In this document: positions 9,514-23,001 of the stretch, one piece after another
Layout of the letters: each line of letters starts with the position of its first letter
Position numbering within the stretch: position 1 is the stretch's first letter
DNA from: Kofleriaceae bacterium
Lineage (GTDB): Bacteria > Myxococcota_A > Polyangia > Haliangiales > Haliangiaceae
Direction of reading: 5' to 3'
DNA length: 64,000 nucleotides
NCBI GenBank assembly: GCA_048500355.1
Contig: JASNYD010000006.1
Span: 544,211 to 608,210, forward strand
The notes under the pieces: generated by a model
Told to the model about the DNA's origin: nothing
What the model saw: only the letters and a program-made list of their open reading frames with translations
The model's database searches: none
Position numbers and translations under genes: made by a program

Positions 9514-10056
9514 TCAGTCCGACAGCTCGCCGGTCCAGTACAGGTAGTCGCGCCAGGCGTCGGGCACCGACCGCAGGCTGACCCGGATCGTCACCGCCGG
9601 CACCCAGTCGGGCTGGACCGGCTGCGCGCGCAGCGCCATGCCGGCCTGGCGCGGCGTGCGCCCGCCCTTCCTGCGGTTGCAGTCGTGGCACGCCGTGACG
9701 ATGTTCGTCCACTCGGTGCGGCCCCCCTGCGAGCGCGGCACGACGTGATCGTAGGTGAGCTCGTCGACGCCCAGCTTGTCGCCGCAGTACTGGCAGGCGT
9801 AGCCATCGCGGGCGTAGATGTTGACCCGCGAGAACTTCACCGGCCGGTGGTGGCGGCGGAAGGCGCGCAGGAGCCGGACCACGCTCGGGATCTTGATGAT
9901 GAACGTCACCGAGCGGACGGCGTCGCCGTACTCCTCCACCACCTCGACCTTGCCGAGGAACAGGAGCGTGATCGCTCGCTGCCACGAGATGACCTTGATG
10001 GGCTCGTAGCTCTGCGACAGGAGAAGGGTCTTGTGACCCGGTGCCGTGGCCTCCAT
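9514..10056 (-). CDS. HNH endonuclease
   Basis: [47 protein letters not shown] contains the two CxxC pairs plus the H-N-H core. The start is placed at the internal ATG ([25 protein letters not shown]); the upstream ATG at 10113 is also possible. Confidence 0.75.
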   Translation of the reverse strand: MEATAPGHKTLLLSQSYEPIKVISWQRAITLLFLGKVEVVEEYGDAVRSVTFIIKIPSVVRLLRAFRRHHRPVKFSRVNIYARDGYACQYCGDKLGVDELTYDHVVPRSQGGRTEWTNIVTACHDCNRRKGGRTPRQAGMALRAQPVQPDWVPAVTIRVSLRSVPDAWRDYLYWTGELSD

Positions 10057-10157
10057 CGGGAACAGTCCAGACGATAGCATCTCCGTCCGACGACGCACCG
10101 CGCCGCCGATCACGGCCAGGACGCCGGCGGGGACGGCACGACGCGACGACGCCGAAG

Positions 10158-10174
10158 TTGAAAGCGGCTTTCAA
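10158..10174. promoter_or_regulatory. perfect 8-1-8 inverted repeat TTGAAAGC-G-GCTTTCAA about 18 nt upstream of the feoA start; candidate metalloregulator (Fur-like) operator
   Basis: An AT-rich palindrome in a 70+% GC context, positioned over the expected feoAB promoter in the divergent HNH/feoA intergenic region. Confidence 0.4.
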
Positions 10175-10191
10175 TGTGATAGCGTGCCGCC

Positions 10192-10416
10192 GTGTCGTCA
10201 CTCGCCGACGTCGGGCGTCACGTCCCCGTCACCATCGCCTCGGTCGACGGCGAGCGGAGCTTCCGCAGGCGTCTCCTGGAGATGGGCCTCGTCCCCGGCA
10301 CCCGGGTGACCGTCACCAACGTGGCCCCGCTCGGCGACCCGCTCGAGATCGAGGTCCGCCGCGGCCGGCTGTCGATCCGGCGCCACGAGGCCGCTCACAT
10401 CCTGGTCACGCGCTAG
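10192..10416 (+). CDS. feoA: ferrous iron transport protein A
   Basis: 74 aa with the SH3-like FeoA motif pattern (VPVTIASVDGERSFRRRLLEMGLVPGTRVTV ... LEIEVRRGRLSIRR). GTG start; sits immediately upstream of feoB. Confidence 0.8.
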   Translation: MSSLADVGRHVPVTIASVDGERSFRRRLLEMGLVPGTRVTVTNVAPLGDPLEIEVRRGRLSIRRHEAAHILVTR

Positions 10417-10427
10417 GTCCGCCCCGG

Positions 10428-12563
<2,136 letters not shown>

Positions 12564-12658
12564 CGCCGGGGTCGCCCTCCGGCTGCGGCCCCGGCCGGCG
12601 CGGCCGGGCCGAACCGGTCGGCCTGGTCGAGTCGGCGCCGCGATGCTATGAGCACCAA

Positions 12659-14500
12659 GTGCTCGGGTGGAGGATCCCACGCGCCGCCGCGCTCGTCGCG
12701 GCGACCGGCGGCCTGCTCGCGGCCTGCGGTCGCGCCCCCGACGCCGCCGAGCCGACGCCCGCGTTCGCGCCCCCGCCCCCGCCGCGGGTCGCCAGCAACA
12801 TCCTGCGCGCCGACTACGCCGGCTCGGCGGCGTGCGCCGACTGCCACGCCGACCTCGCCGCGGCCTGGGCCGGCTCGCCGATGCACCTCATGACCCGCGA
12901 CGCCGCCACCGCCCACGTCGAGGCCCCGTTCGACGGCGCCACCTTCCGCGTCCACGACGACACCGTGACCATGGAGACCGCGGGCGGCCACCGCTTCGTC
13001 CACCTGTCGTCGACCAGCGCCGGCGAGCGCCGGTACCGCGTCACCAAGATCATCGGCGGCCGCTACCGCGAGGACTTCGCCGGCGTCGAGGTCACCCACG
13101 CCCGCGACCCCTTCACCGCCGGCGGCCGCGAGCGGGTCATGCCGATGTCGTTCGTGTACTCGACCCGGTCGTGGCGCTACAAGGGCTACTCGGTCATGAC
13201 CCCGGAGCGGCCGGGCATGCGCCCGGGCGCGGCGTGGGCGCAGAAGTGCATCGGCTGCCACAACACGCTGCCCTACCTGGCGCTCCTGTTCGACGACCTG
13301 CTGGGGCCCGGCGCGCCCAGCTACCAGGGCACGATGTCGGATCGCCTGCTGCCCCCGGCGCGGACGTGGCCGGTCGAGATCGCCGACGCCGAGGCGCTGC
13401 GGACGGCGCTGGTCGACGAGCTGACCTTCCTGCGCGGCGCGCCGCCCGAGGCCGCCGGCGGGCCCCTGCCGGCGCTCCTGGCCGAGGCCATCTCCACGGC
13501 GCGCCGCCACCTCGACGGCGATCGCGTGGTCGAGCTCGGCATCGGCTGCGAGTCCTGCCACAACGGCGCCCGCGCCCACGTCGACGATCCCGACGTCCTC
13601 CCCAGCTTCGAGGTCCGCAGCGCCGCGCTCCGGATCGGCCCGCGCCCCGGCGCCCGCGCCCCGACCGAGGCCGAGCGGATCAACCGCGTCTGCGCCCGCT
13701 GTCACACCGTCCTGTTCTCGGCCTACCCCCACACCTGGGAGGGCGGCCGGCGCGACCAGCCGACGCCGGGCGGCAGCACGACCAACTCCGGCGAGGCCCG
13801 CGACTTCCTGCTCGGCGGCTGCGCCAGCGAGCTGGCCTGCACCGCCTGCCACGATCCCCACGCCCGCGATCGCGACGACCGGCTGGCCGCGCTCGCGGGC
13901 GCGGGCGGCGACGCGCTGTGCACCTCGTGCCACCCGGCGCTCGCCGACGCCGCCGCGGCCGCCGCCCACACCCACCACCCGGCCGACAGCGCCGGCGCGC
14001 GCTGCCTCAACTGCCACATGCCGCGCAAGAACATGGGCCTCGGCTACGAGCTGGTCCGCTACCACCGCATCGGCTCGCCCACCGAGCGCGCGCGGGTCGA
14101 GGGCGACCGCCCGCTCGAGTGCGCGCTGTGCCACCCCGACCGCAGCGTCGCCGAGCTGGTGACGACGATGGAGGCCTGGTGGCCGGTGCGCTTCGACCGC
14201 GTCGCCCTGCGCCGGCTGTACGGCGACGATCTGGGCGTGAACGCGCTCGCCGCCACCGTCGCGCGGGGCAAGGCCCACGAGCAGGCGGCCGCGATCGGCG
14301 CGCTCGGCGAGCACCGCGTTCGCGCCGCCGTGCCGGCGCTGGTGCCGCACCTCGCCCACGAGTACCCGCTGGTCCGCTACTACGCCCACCACGCGCTCGA
14401 GCAGATCGTCGGCCGGCCGGTGCCGCTCGACGTCGGGCTGCCGGCGGCCGAGATCCGCGCCGCGGCGGAGCGCTGGCTCGCCCTCGACGCCGCGCCCTGA
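12659..14500 (+). CDS. multiheme c-type cytochrome lipoprotein (8 CxxCH) with C-terminal HEAT-like repeats
   Basis: GTG start gives MLGWRIPRAAALVAATGGLLAAC-G. Heme motifs CADCH, CIGCH, CESCH, CARCH, CTACH, CTSCH, CLNCH, CALCH. The C-terminus AVPALVPHLAHEYPLVRYYAHHALEQI is HEAT/PBS-lyase-like. Confidence 0.8.
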   Translation: MLGWRIPRAAALVAATGGLLAACGRAPDAAEPTPAFAPPPPPRVASNILRADYAGSAACADCHADLAAAWAGSPMHLMTRDAATAHVEAPFDGATFRVHDDTVTMETAGGHRFVHLSSTSAGERRYRVTKIIGGRYREDFAGVEVTHARDPFTAGGRERVMPMSFVYSTRSWRYKGYSVMTPERPGMRPGAAWAQKCIGCHNTLPYLALLFDDLLGPGAPSYQGTMSDRLLPPARTWPVEIADAEALRTALVDELTFLRGAPPEAAGGPLPALLAEAISTARRHLDGDRVVELGIGCESCHNGARAHVDDPDVLPSFEVRSAALRIGPRPGARAPTEAERINRVCARCHTVLFSAYPHTWEGGRRDQPTPGGSTTNSGEARDFLLGGCASELACTACHDPHARDRDDRLAALAGAGGDALCTSCHPALADAAAAAAHTHHPADSAGARCLNCHMPRKNMGLGYELVRYHRIGSPTERARVEGDRPLECALCHPDRSVAELVTTMEAWWPVRFDRVALRRLYGDDLGVNALAATVARGKAHEQAAAIGALGEHRVRAAVPALVPHLAHEYPLVRYYAHHALEQIVGRPVPLDVGLPAAEIRAAAERWLALDAAP

Positions 14501-14690
14501 CCTCGAGGCCACGTTGATGTCGGTTCAGGCAGCGGCCGCGCGCGGTTAGCCCGCCGCCGTCGGCCGCGAGCCGGCGTCGTCGACGGCGCGCGCGAGCACG
14601 GCTCAGCGCGCGCACCGGAACATTAGCGTCCAGGAAACATGCCGGAGCCTTTCGGTCGATAGGGTGCGGTCACACCTGGAGGACACGCAC

Positions 14691-15575
14691 ATGATCCGCT
14701 TCGCATCCAAGCTCGGCCTGCTCGCCGCCACGCTGTTCGCCCTCGCGCCTGCCTCGGCCCGCGCCGAGGAGCCGGACGCGCTGCCCGGCTCCGAGGAGGG
14801 CGAGGAGCCGGCCGGGGCCGCCCCCGCGCCCGCGGCCGACGCCGCGTCCACGACCGCGGCCGTCGACGCCAGTGCCCCGACGCGCTGGCCGCGCGACGTC
14901 ATCATGCGGCCCCTGACCCTGCCGTCGGGCGTGGTCATGGTCGGGATGGATCCCGCCGCCAACAACGACTTCTCGGCGGTGTCGACGACGCTGGTCGCCG
15001 GCTACGGCATCTCCGACAAGCTCGAGGCCGTGCTGTTCTACGGCTACGGGCTCAAGGACTTCGAGGTCAAGGGTGACCTCAAGGCCGGCGTCGGCTACGC
15101 CGCCCTCCGCGGCGCCGCCGGCGGCAAGCTGGAGGTCGTGCCCCGCGCCGTGGTCGGCTACAGCCTCCTGGGCGAGGCCCTCACCCCGCTCGGCCTCGGC
15201 GCTCAGGTCCAGTACAACATCAGCGACAAGCTCGCCGTGATCACGCCCGGCGGTCAGCTCGCGGTGAGCCTGGCCGAGGACGCCACCATGGCCACGCCGA
15301 TCACCTTCGGCCTCCCGGTCGCGGTCGGCTTCCAGCCGACCCCCGAGCTCTACCTGCAGCTCGACACCAACCTGGCGACCTTCAGCATCGCCGACTCCGC
15401 CAACGCCTTCATCTTCGCCGATCGCACGCCCGCGTCGCTGCTGGCGGTCTACAACGCGATCCCCGCCCTCGACGTCGCCGCCGGCATCGGCCTCGACCTG
15501 ACGCCGGCCGCCGGCGGGGTCGCCGACACCCTGGCCTTCCTGCTCGGCGTCCGCTACTACGCCGGCTCGCTCTGA
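14691..15575 (+). CDS. secreted hypothetical protein (signal peptide; Gly/Ala-rich beta-type composition)
   Basis: ATG 14691 is preceded by ggagga. MIRFASKLGLLAATLFALAPASARA signal; unremarkable codon usage. Confidence 0.6.
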   Translation: MIRFASKLGLLAATLFALAPASARAEEPDALPGSEEGEEPAGAAPAPAADAASTTAAVDASAPTRWPRDVIMRPLTLPSGVVMVGMDPAANNDFSAVSTTLVAGYGISDKLEAVLFYGYGLKDFEVKGDLKAGVGYAALRGAAGGKLEVVPRAVVGYSLLGEALTPLGLGAQVQYNISDKLAVITPGGQLAVSLAEDATMATPITFGLPVAVGFQPTPELYLQLDTNLATFSIADSANAFIFADRTPASLLAVYNAIPALDVAAGIGLDLTPAAGGVADTLAFLLGVRYYAGSL

Positions 15576-15585
15576 CGCGTGGTTC

Positions 15586-16640
15586 GCCCGACCGCGGTCG
15601 GAGCTCGCGGGAACCGAACGGCGAGCCCCATCGCTCCGGTCGCCCTGAGCCCATCGCTCCGGTCGCCCTGAGCCCATCGCTCCGGTCGCCCTGAGCCCAT
15701 CGCTCCGGTCGCCCTGAGCCCATCGCTCCGGTCGCCCTGAGCCCATCGCTCCGGTCGCCCTGAGCCCATCGCTCCGGTCGCCCTGAGCCCATCGCTCCGG
15801 TCGCCCTGAGCCCATCGCTCCGGTCGCCCTGAGCCGCCCGAGCGCCAGCGAGGGCGTGTCGAAGGGCGACAAGCCGCGGCCGTCGCGCGAACGATGTCGG
15901 GCGCGTGCCGGAGGCCGTTCGTCGGGAGCCCTTCACCGACCGCGGTCGGAGACTGCGCGAACGAACGGCGAGCCCCTGCTCTCCGGTCGCCCTGAGCCCA
16001 TCGCTCCGGTCGCCCTGAGCCCATCGCTCCGGTCGCCCTGAGCCCATCGCTCCGGTCGCCCTGAGCCCATCGCTCCGGTCGCCCTGAGCCCATCGCTCCG
16101 GTCGCCCTGAGCCGCCCGAGCGCCAGCGAGGGCGTGTCGAAGGGCGACAAGCCGCGGCCGTCGCGCGAACGATGTCGGGCGCGTGCCCGAGGCCGTTCGT
16201 CGGGAGCCCTTCACCGACCGCGGTCGGAGACTGCGCGAACGAACGGCGAGCCCCTGCTCTCCGGTCGCCCTGAGCCCATCGCTCCGGTCGCCCTGAGCCC
16301 ATCGCTCCGGTCGCCCTGAGCCCATCGCTCCGGTCGCCCTGAGCCGCCCGAGCGCCAGCGAGGGCGTGTCGAAGGGCGACAAGCCGCGGCCGTCGCGCGA
16401 ACGATGTCGGGCGCGTGCCGGAGGCCGTTCGTCGAGAGCCCTTCACCGACCGCGGTCGGAGACTGCGCGAACGAACGGCGAGCCCCTGCTCTCCGGTCGC
16501 CCTGAGCCCATCTCTCCGGTCGCCCTGAGCCCATCGCTCCGGTCGCCCTGAGCCCATCGCTCCGGTCGCCCTGAGCCGCCCGAGCGCCAGCGAGGGCGTG
16601 TCGAAGGGCGACAAGCCGCGGCCGTCGCGCGAGCGATGAC
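15586..16640 (+). repeat. composite intergenic repeat: 4 macro-units, each an about 170-nt module followed by 4-10 copies of a 23-nt tandem repeat (cccatcgctccggtcgccctgag); the module contains the perfect palindrome ccgaccgcggtcgg
   Basis: Read directly: 23-nt periodicity (for example 15671/15694). Module copies begin near 15836, 16115, 16347 and 16577. The near-identical 61-aa ORFs at 15856, 16134 and 16366 are repeat artefacts. Confidence 0.85.
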
Positions 16641-16654
16641 GGCCGACGAGCCGG

Positions 16655-18265
<1,611 letters not shown>

Positions 18266-18300
18266 CGCCCCGCCATCATGGGGCCCGCCATCGCCGGACT

Positions 18301-19242
18301 TCAGGGCGTCGGGATCGAGATCACCACGGGGAGGTGATCGGAGACGTTGGGGTCGTAGCGCGGGAGCTGGGCGTCGAGGGGCGGGATGACGGCGCGGGCG
18401 GCGCCCAGCTCGTCGGCGAGCCCGGCGCTGGTGACGACGTGATCGATCACCCGGCCGCCGGGGAGGAACGTGGCCTCGCCGGCGGCGGCCGCCTCCGCGG
18501 TGCGGAAGCGGTAGCGCTCGGGGGCGGCGAGCATCGGCGCCAGCACCGCCATCCCGGCGGTGGTGGTCAGCACCTCGTTGAAGTCGCCGAGCACGATCAC
18601 CTCGTCCTCGCCGCCGCCGTCGACCTGGGCGCGGACGTGGGCCTCGAGCTGGCGCATCGCCGCCGCCCGGCGCTCGCCGTCGTCGCTGGCGGTCCCGGCC
18701 TTGAGGTGGACGCCGATGGCGTCGAACGCGAGCGCGCCGGCGGTGACCCGGACCTTGAGCGGCGGGCGGGGGAAGGCGTAGGTCTCGCCGACGAACAAGA
18801 GCTCGGGCTGGCCGAGGACGACCCGATCGGGGCGGTAGAGGACGCCGAGCTTCTGGTACTCGGTGGGCGTGTAGCGGTGCGACGACAGCACGCCGTCGTG
18901 ATCGGGCAGCCGCTCGACCAGCTCGTCCCAGGCGACGACCGAGGCCACCTCCTGGACCACCACGACGTCGAGGTCGAGGCTCGTGATGAGATCGGCGACC
19001 AGCCCGATCGTGCGCACGTCCTTGGGGAAGTTCTCCAGGTTCCAGCAGGCGACGTCGAGGGTGGTCGCGCTGCCCACCGCCGGCACCAGGTCGGCGCGTG
19101 GCGCCGGCCAGCCGTCGAGCCCGGCGTCGACCGGGGCGGCGTCGGTGCCGAGATCGCAGGCGCCGGCCGTGACGGCGAGGCCGACGAGGACGAGGGCGCG
19201 ACGCACGTCTCCCCGGGTAGCACGGACCACGACCCGTGTCAC
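18301..19242 (-). CDS. endonuclease/exonuclease/phosphatase (EEP) family lipoprotein
   Basis: Signal with Cys ([16 protein letters not shown]). VACWNLENF ... VVVVQEV ... GDFNE ... SDHLPVV are EEP catalytic-motif equivalents. Confidence 0.8.
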   Translation of the reverse strand: MTRVVVRATRGDVRRALVLVGLAVTAGACDLGTDAAPVDAGLDGWPAPRADLVPAVGSATTLDVACWNLENFPKDVRTIGLVADLITSLDLDVVVVQEVASVVAWDELVERLPDHDGVLSSHRYTPTEYQKLGVLYRPDRVVLGQPELLFVGETYAFPRPPLKVRVTAGALAFDAIGVHLKAGTASDDGERRAAAMRQLEAHVRAQVDGGGEDEVIVLGDFNEVLTTTAGMAVLAPMLAAPERYRFRTAEAAAAGEATFLPGGRVIDHVVTSAGLADELGAARAVIPPLDAQLPRYDPNVSDHLPVVISIPTP

Positions 19243-19350
19243 CGCCGTTCGAGGGCGGAGCCGGGCTCGACACGCGAGGCCCGAGGGCCCGAGACCCTGC
19301 GACGTCGCCCCTTCGGGGCTTCGCTCGGGGTGTGCGGGGGGAGGAGGTCG

Positions 19351-19816
19351 AGCCCGGGGCCGGATCCGGACCCGAGTCCGGATCCGAACCCGAACCCGAG
19401 TCCGGATCCGAACCCGGACCCGAGTCCGGATCCGAACCCGAACCCGAGTCCGGATCCGAGCCCGAGTCCGGATCCGAACCCGAACCCGAACCCGAACCCG
19501 AGTCCGGATCCGAGCCCGAGTCCGAGTCCGGATCCGAGCCCGAGCCCGAGTCCGGATCCGAGCCCGAGTCCGAGTCCGGATCCGAGCCCGAACCCGAGTC
19601 CGGATCCGAACCCGAGCCCGAGTCCGGATCCGAGCCCGAGCCCGAGTCCGGATCCGAACCCGAGTCCGGATCCGAACCCGAGTCCGGATCCGAACCCGAG
19701 CCCGAGTCCGAGCCCGAACCCGAGTCCGGATCCGAACCCGAACCCGAGTCCGGATCCGAGCCCGAGTCCGGATCCGAACCCGAGTCCGGATCCGAACCCG
19801 AGCCCGAGTCCGAGCC
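19351..19816. repeat. tandem hexanucleotide array (GARNCC)n with a gagtccggatcc 12-mer superstructure, about 77 units
   Basis: Same repeat family and the same + strand orientation as 9054-9486. Lies between the FAD-oxidoreductase stop (19820) and the EEP start (19242), both on the minus strand. Confidence 0.85.
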
Positions 19817-19819
19817 CGC

Positions 19820-21436
19820 TCACGCCACCGGCGGCAGTCCCCGCGCGCGCACGATCGCCCGCGCCAGCCGCACGCCGTCCATCGCCGCCGACACGATCCC
19901 CCCGGCGTAGCCCGCGCCCTCGCCGCCCGGATAGAGCCCGGCCAGATCGGGGCTCTCCAGCGTCGACGGATCGCGCGGTATCCGGACCGGGCTCGAGGTC
20001 CGCGACTCGACGCCGACCAGCACCCCCTCCTCGGAGCCGAAGCCGCGGATGGTGCCCGCGAACGCGCGCAGCGCGACGCGCAGCCGCGCGGCCAGGTCGA
20101 GGCCGCTGGCGTCGAGGACCGCCGCGACGTCGCCGGCGGCCAGCCCCGGCTGGTAGCTCGAGCGCGGGACCGTCGACGAGGCGCGCCCGGCGACGAAGTC
20201 GGTGACCCGGGTGGCCGGCGCCGCCAGCGCGCCGCCGCCGGCGGCGGCCGCCGCCTCCTCGAGGCGGCGCTGCAGCGTGACCCCGGCCAGCGGCCCGGCG
20301 AGCCCGAGCCGGGCCAGGTCGGCGAGCTCGACGCCGACCACCAGGCCGGAGTTGGCGAACGGCGAGTCGCGGCGCGACAGGCTCATGCCGTTGACCACCA
20401 CCCCCTCGGGCTCGGTCGCCGCCGGCACGATCCACCCGCCCGGGCACATGCAGAACGAGAACACGCCGCGCCGTCCTCCGTCGCCGTCGCTCTGGTGGAC
20501 CAGCTTGTAGGCCGCGGCCCGCAGCCGCGGGTGGCCGGCGTGGCGGCCGTACTGGGCCTGATCGATGAGCGGTTGCGGGTGCTCGACCCGGACCCCGACC
20601 GCGAACGGCTTGGCCTCGAGCCCGACCCCGGCCGCCGCCAGCCAGCCCCAGACGTCGCGCGCCGAGTGTCCGGTCGCCACCACCACCTCGCGCGCCGCCA
20701 GCTCCCGGCCGTCCGCCAGCCGGACACCGGCCACCACCGGGCGGCCGCCGCGGCTCGCCACCAGCAGGCCCTCGGCACGCGCCGGCAGCTCGAAGCCGAC
20801 CCCGCACCCGGTCAGGCGCTCGCGCAGCGAGGTGATCACCCGCGGCAGCTTGTTGGAGCCGATGTGAGGCCGGGCGTCGACCAGGATGTCGGCGGGCGCG
20901 CCGTGCACCACCAGCAGCTCGATCACGTCGCGGACGTCGCCGCGCTTGTGGGCCCGGGTGTAGAGCTTGCCGTCGCTGTACGTGCCCGCGCCGCCCTCGC
21001 CGAAACAGTAGTTGCTGTCGCGGTCGACGGTGCCGTGCTGGGTCAGGCCCTTGAGATCGCGCCGCCGCGCCTGCACCAGCTTGCCGCGGTCGAGGACGAT
21101 CGAGGCCACGCCGTGGCGCGCCAGCTCGTGGGCACAGAACAGCCCGGCCGGGCCGGCGCCGACGATGATCACCGGCGCGCCCGCGACCTCGCGCGGCGGC
21201 GGTCCGCCCAGGGCCGGCGCCACCGCCGGCCGCGGCCCGACGGTGAGGTGGAGCCGGACCCGGTGGCGTCGGGCGTCGATCGCGCGGCGCCGGATCTCGA
21301 GCGGCGGCAGCGCCGCCGGCGCCACCCCCAGGCGCGCCCCCACGGCCGCCGCCAGCGCGGCGTCGTCGAGCGCGGCGTCGAGGTCGAGATCCAGCTCGAG
21401 CTCGTCGTCGGGAGACATCATCCCGGGCCCCATCAT
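19820..21436 (-). CDS. FAD-dependent oxidoreductase (uncharacterised FAD-dependent dehydrogenase family, COG2509-like)
   Basis: Dinucleotide-binding [21 protein letters not shown], ... DRG, and [18 protein letters not shown] near the C-terminus. Start at ATG 21436 ([11 protein letters not shown]). Confidence 0.75.
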   Translation of the reverse strand: MMGPGMMSPDDELELDLDLDAALDDAALAAAVGARLGVAPAALPPLEIRRRAIDARRHRVRLHLTVGPRPAVAPALGGPPPREVAGAPVIIVGAGPAGLFCAHELARHGVASIVLDRGKLVQARRRDLKGLTQHGTVDRDSNYCFGEGGAGTYSDGKLYTRAHKRGDVRDVIELLVVHGAPADILVDARPHIGSNKLPRVITSLRERLTGCGVGFELPARAEGLLVASRGGRPVVAGVRLADGRELAAREVVVATGHSARDVWGWLAAAGVGLEAKPFAVGVRVEHPQPLIDQAQYGRHAGHPRLRAAAYKLVHQSDGDGGRRGVFSFCMCPGGWIVPAATEPEGVVVNGMSLSRRDSPFANSGLVVGVELADLARLGLAGPLAGVTLQRRLEEAAAAAGGGALAAPATRVTDFVAGRASSTVPRSSYQPGLAAGDVAAVLDASGLDLAARLRVALRAFAGTIRGFGSEEGVLVGVESRTSSPVRIPRDPSTLESPDLAGLYPGGEGAGYAGGIVSAAMDGVRLARAIVRARGLPPVA

Positions 21437-21649
21437 CCTGGGGACCGGGTCGCTGGCATGGTTCCGCGCCGCAACGTCGCCGATAGTGCCACGCGTCCTG
21501 CCGACGGAGGGCCCGACGGGGCTCCCGGCGCGCTCGGCGGAGGGAGCGAGCCCGGCGCGGGCGACGGGCCAGCCGCGGGCGGGGACGCCGACGCTCCTCA
21601 CGAACGGCGTCGGCAAGAGCCCGTCATCACTCGCGCGGGGCCGCGGCCT

Positions 21650-22128
21650 GTCGGCCTTCGACACGCCCTCGCTCGCGCTCGGGCGGCTCAGGCCGACCGG
21701 AGAGATGGGCTCGGAGCGACTCGCTCGCGCTCGGGCGGCTCGGGCCGACCGGAGAATGGGCTCAGGGCGACTCGCTCGCGCTCGGGCGGCTCAGGCCGAC
21801 CGGAGAGATGGGCTCAGAGCGACTCGCTCGCGCTCGGGCGGCTCGGGCCGACCGGCGTGATGGGCTCAGGGCGACTCGCTCGCGCTCGGGCGGCGCGGGC
21901 CGACCGGCGTGATGGGCTCGGGCCGACCGGCGTGATGGGCTCAGGCCGACTCGCTCGCGCTCGGGCGGCGCGGGCCGACCGGCGTGATGGGCTCGGGCCG
22001 ACCGGAGAGACGGGGCTCGCCGTTCGTTTCCCGCGAGCTCCGACCGCGGTCGGTGAAGGGCTCAGGCCGACCGGAGAGACTGGCTCGCCGTTCGTTTCTC
22101 GCGATCGCCGGCCGCGGTCGGTGAAGGG
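21650..22128 (-). repeat. second, inverted copy of the composite repeat element (reverse complement of the 15586-16640 modules plus 23-nt repeat variants)
   Basis: gacacgccctcgctcgcgctcgggcggctc is the reverse complement of gagccgcccgagcgccagcgagggcgtgtc. gccgttcgtttcccgcgagctccgaccgcggtcggtgaagggctc is the reverse complement of the 15590-15630 module. ctcaggccgaccggagagatggg is a variant of the reverse-complemented 23-mer. Confidence 0.8.
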
Positions 22129-22129
22129 T

Positions 22130-22942
22130 TCAGGGCAAGCGCAGCTCGCCGCGCGCGACCAGCACGCCGTGGCCACCGAGGCGCACGCGGTCGCCGGCCA
22201 CGGTGACCGCCAGCTCGCCGCCGCGGCGGCTGACCTGGCGCGCCGCCAGCGTGGTCCGCCCCAGCCGCGCCGCCCAGTACGGCCCGAGGGTGCAGTGGGC
22301 GGAGCCGGTGACCGGATCCTCGTCGACGCCGTGCTGGGGGGTGAAGTAGCGCGACACCAGGTCGACGTCGCCGTCGCGATCGCCGGCGCCGGGCGCGGTG
22401 ACGATCAGGCCCTCGGTCGGCAGCGCGCCGACCCGCCGCAGCTCGGGGGCGAGGGCGCGGACGGCGGCGGCGTCGGCGACCACCGCCATCAGGTTGCGCG
22501 ACCGCCACAGCTCGACCACCGGCACGCCGATCGCCTCGGCCACCGCCGCCACCAGCGCCGGGTCGGCGACCGGCTCGGCGACCCGCGCCGGCAGATCGAG
22601 CACCAGCCGCTCGCCGTCGCGCTCGACCTCGAGCGGGCCGCTGCGGGTCGCGAAGCGGACGCGCGTGGTCCCGGGCTCGACCTCGTCCATCCACACCAGG
22701 GCGCTGGCCAGGGTGGCGTGACCGCACAGGTCGACCTCGGTGGTGGGGGTGAGCCAGCGCAGGCGGAGGCCGTCGGCCTCGCGCATGACGAACGCGGTCT
22801 CCGACAGCGCCAGCTCGCCGGCGATCTGCTGCAGGAGCTCGTCGGGCAACCAGCCCGCGAGCGGGATGACCGCCGCCGGGTTGCCGGCGAACGGGCGGGT
22901 GGTGAAGGCGTCGACGACGTAGTACGGCAGCGTGCGGGGCAT
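22130..22942 (-). CDS. PhzF family phenazine-biosynthesis-like isomerase
   Basis: MPRTLPYYVVDAFTTRPFAGNPAAV N-terminus; DLCGHATLASA and TGSAHCTLGPYW catalytic regions are typical of the PhzF/DAP-epimerase fold. 270 aa. Confidence 0.85.
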   Translation of the reverse strand: MPRTLPYYVVDAFTTRPFAGNPAAVIPLAGWLPDELLQQIAGELALSETAFVMREADGLRLRWLTPTTEVDLCGHATLASALVWMDEVEPGTTRVRFATRSGPLEVERDGERLVLDLPARVAEPVADPALVAAVAEAIGVPVVELWRSRNLMAVVADAAAVRALAPELRRVGALPTEGLIVTAPGAGDRDGDVDLVSRYFTPQHGVDEDPVTGSAHCTLGPYWAARLGRTTLAARQVSRRGGELAVTVAGDRVRLGGHGVLVARGELRLP

Positions 22943-23001
22943 GGGCTCCTCGAGGTGGGCGCGCGGGCGGAGCGCGGCGGCGGCGCCCCGCGCTCGCGGG
23001 G

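Noticed and set aside
15856-16551. Three near-identical 61-aa ORFs (MSKGDKPRPSRERCRARAGGRSS...) and the 666-aa ORF 15409..17409
   Set aside because: They are generated by the repeated 170-nt module of the composite repeat. Identical copies at repeat periodicity with Arg-rich composition point to non-coding repeat units.
15586-16640. Possible CRISPR array
   Set aside because: Repeat unit is 23 nt in direct tandem without unique spacers. The larger 170-nt segments are themselves repeated rather than unique. No cas genes are present.
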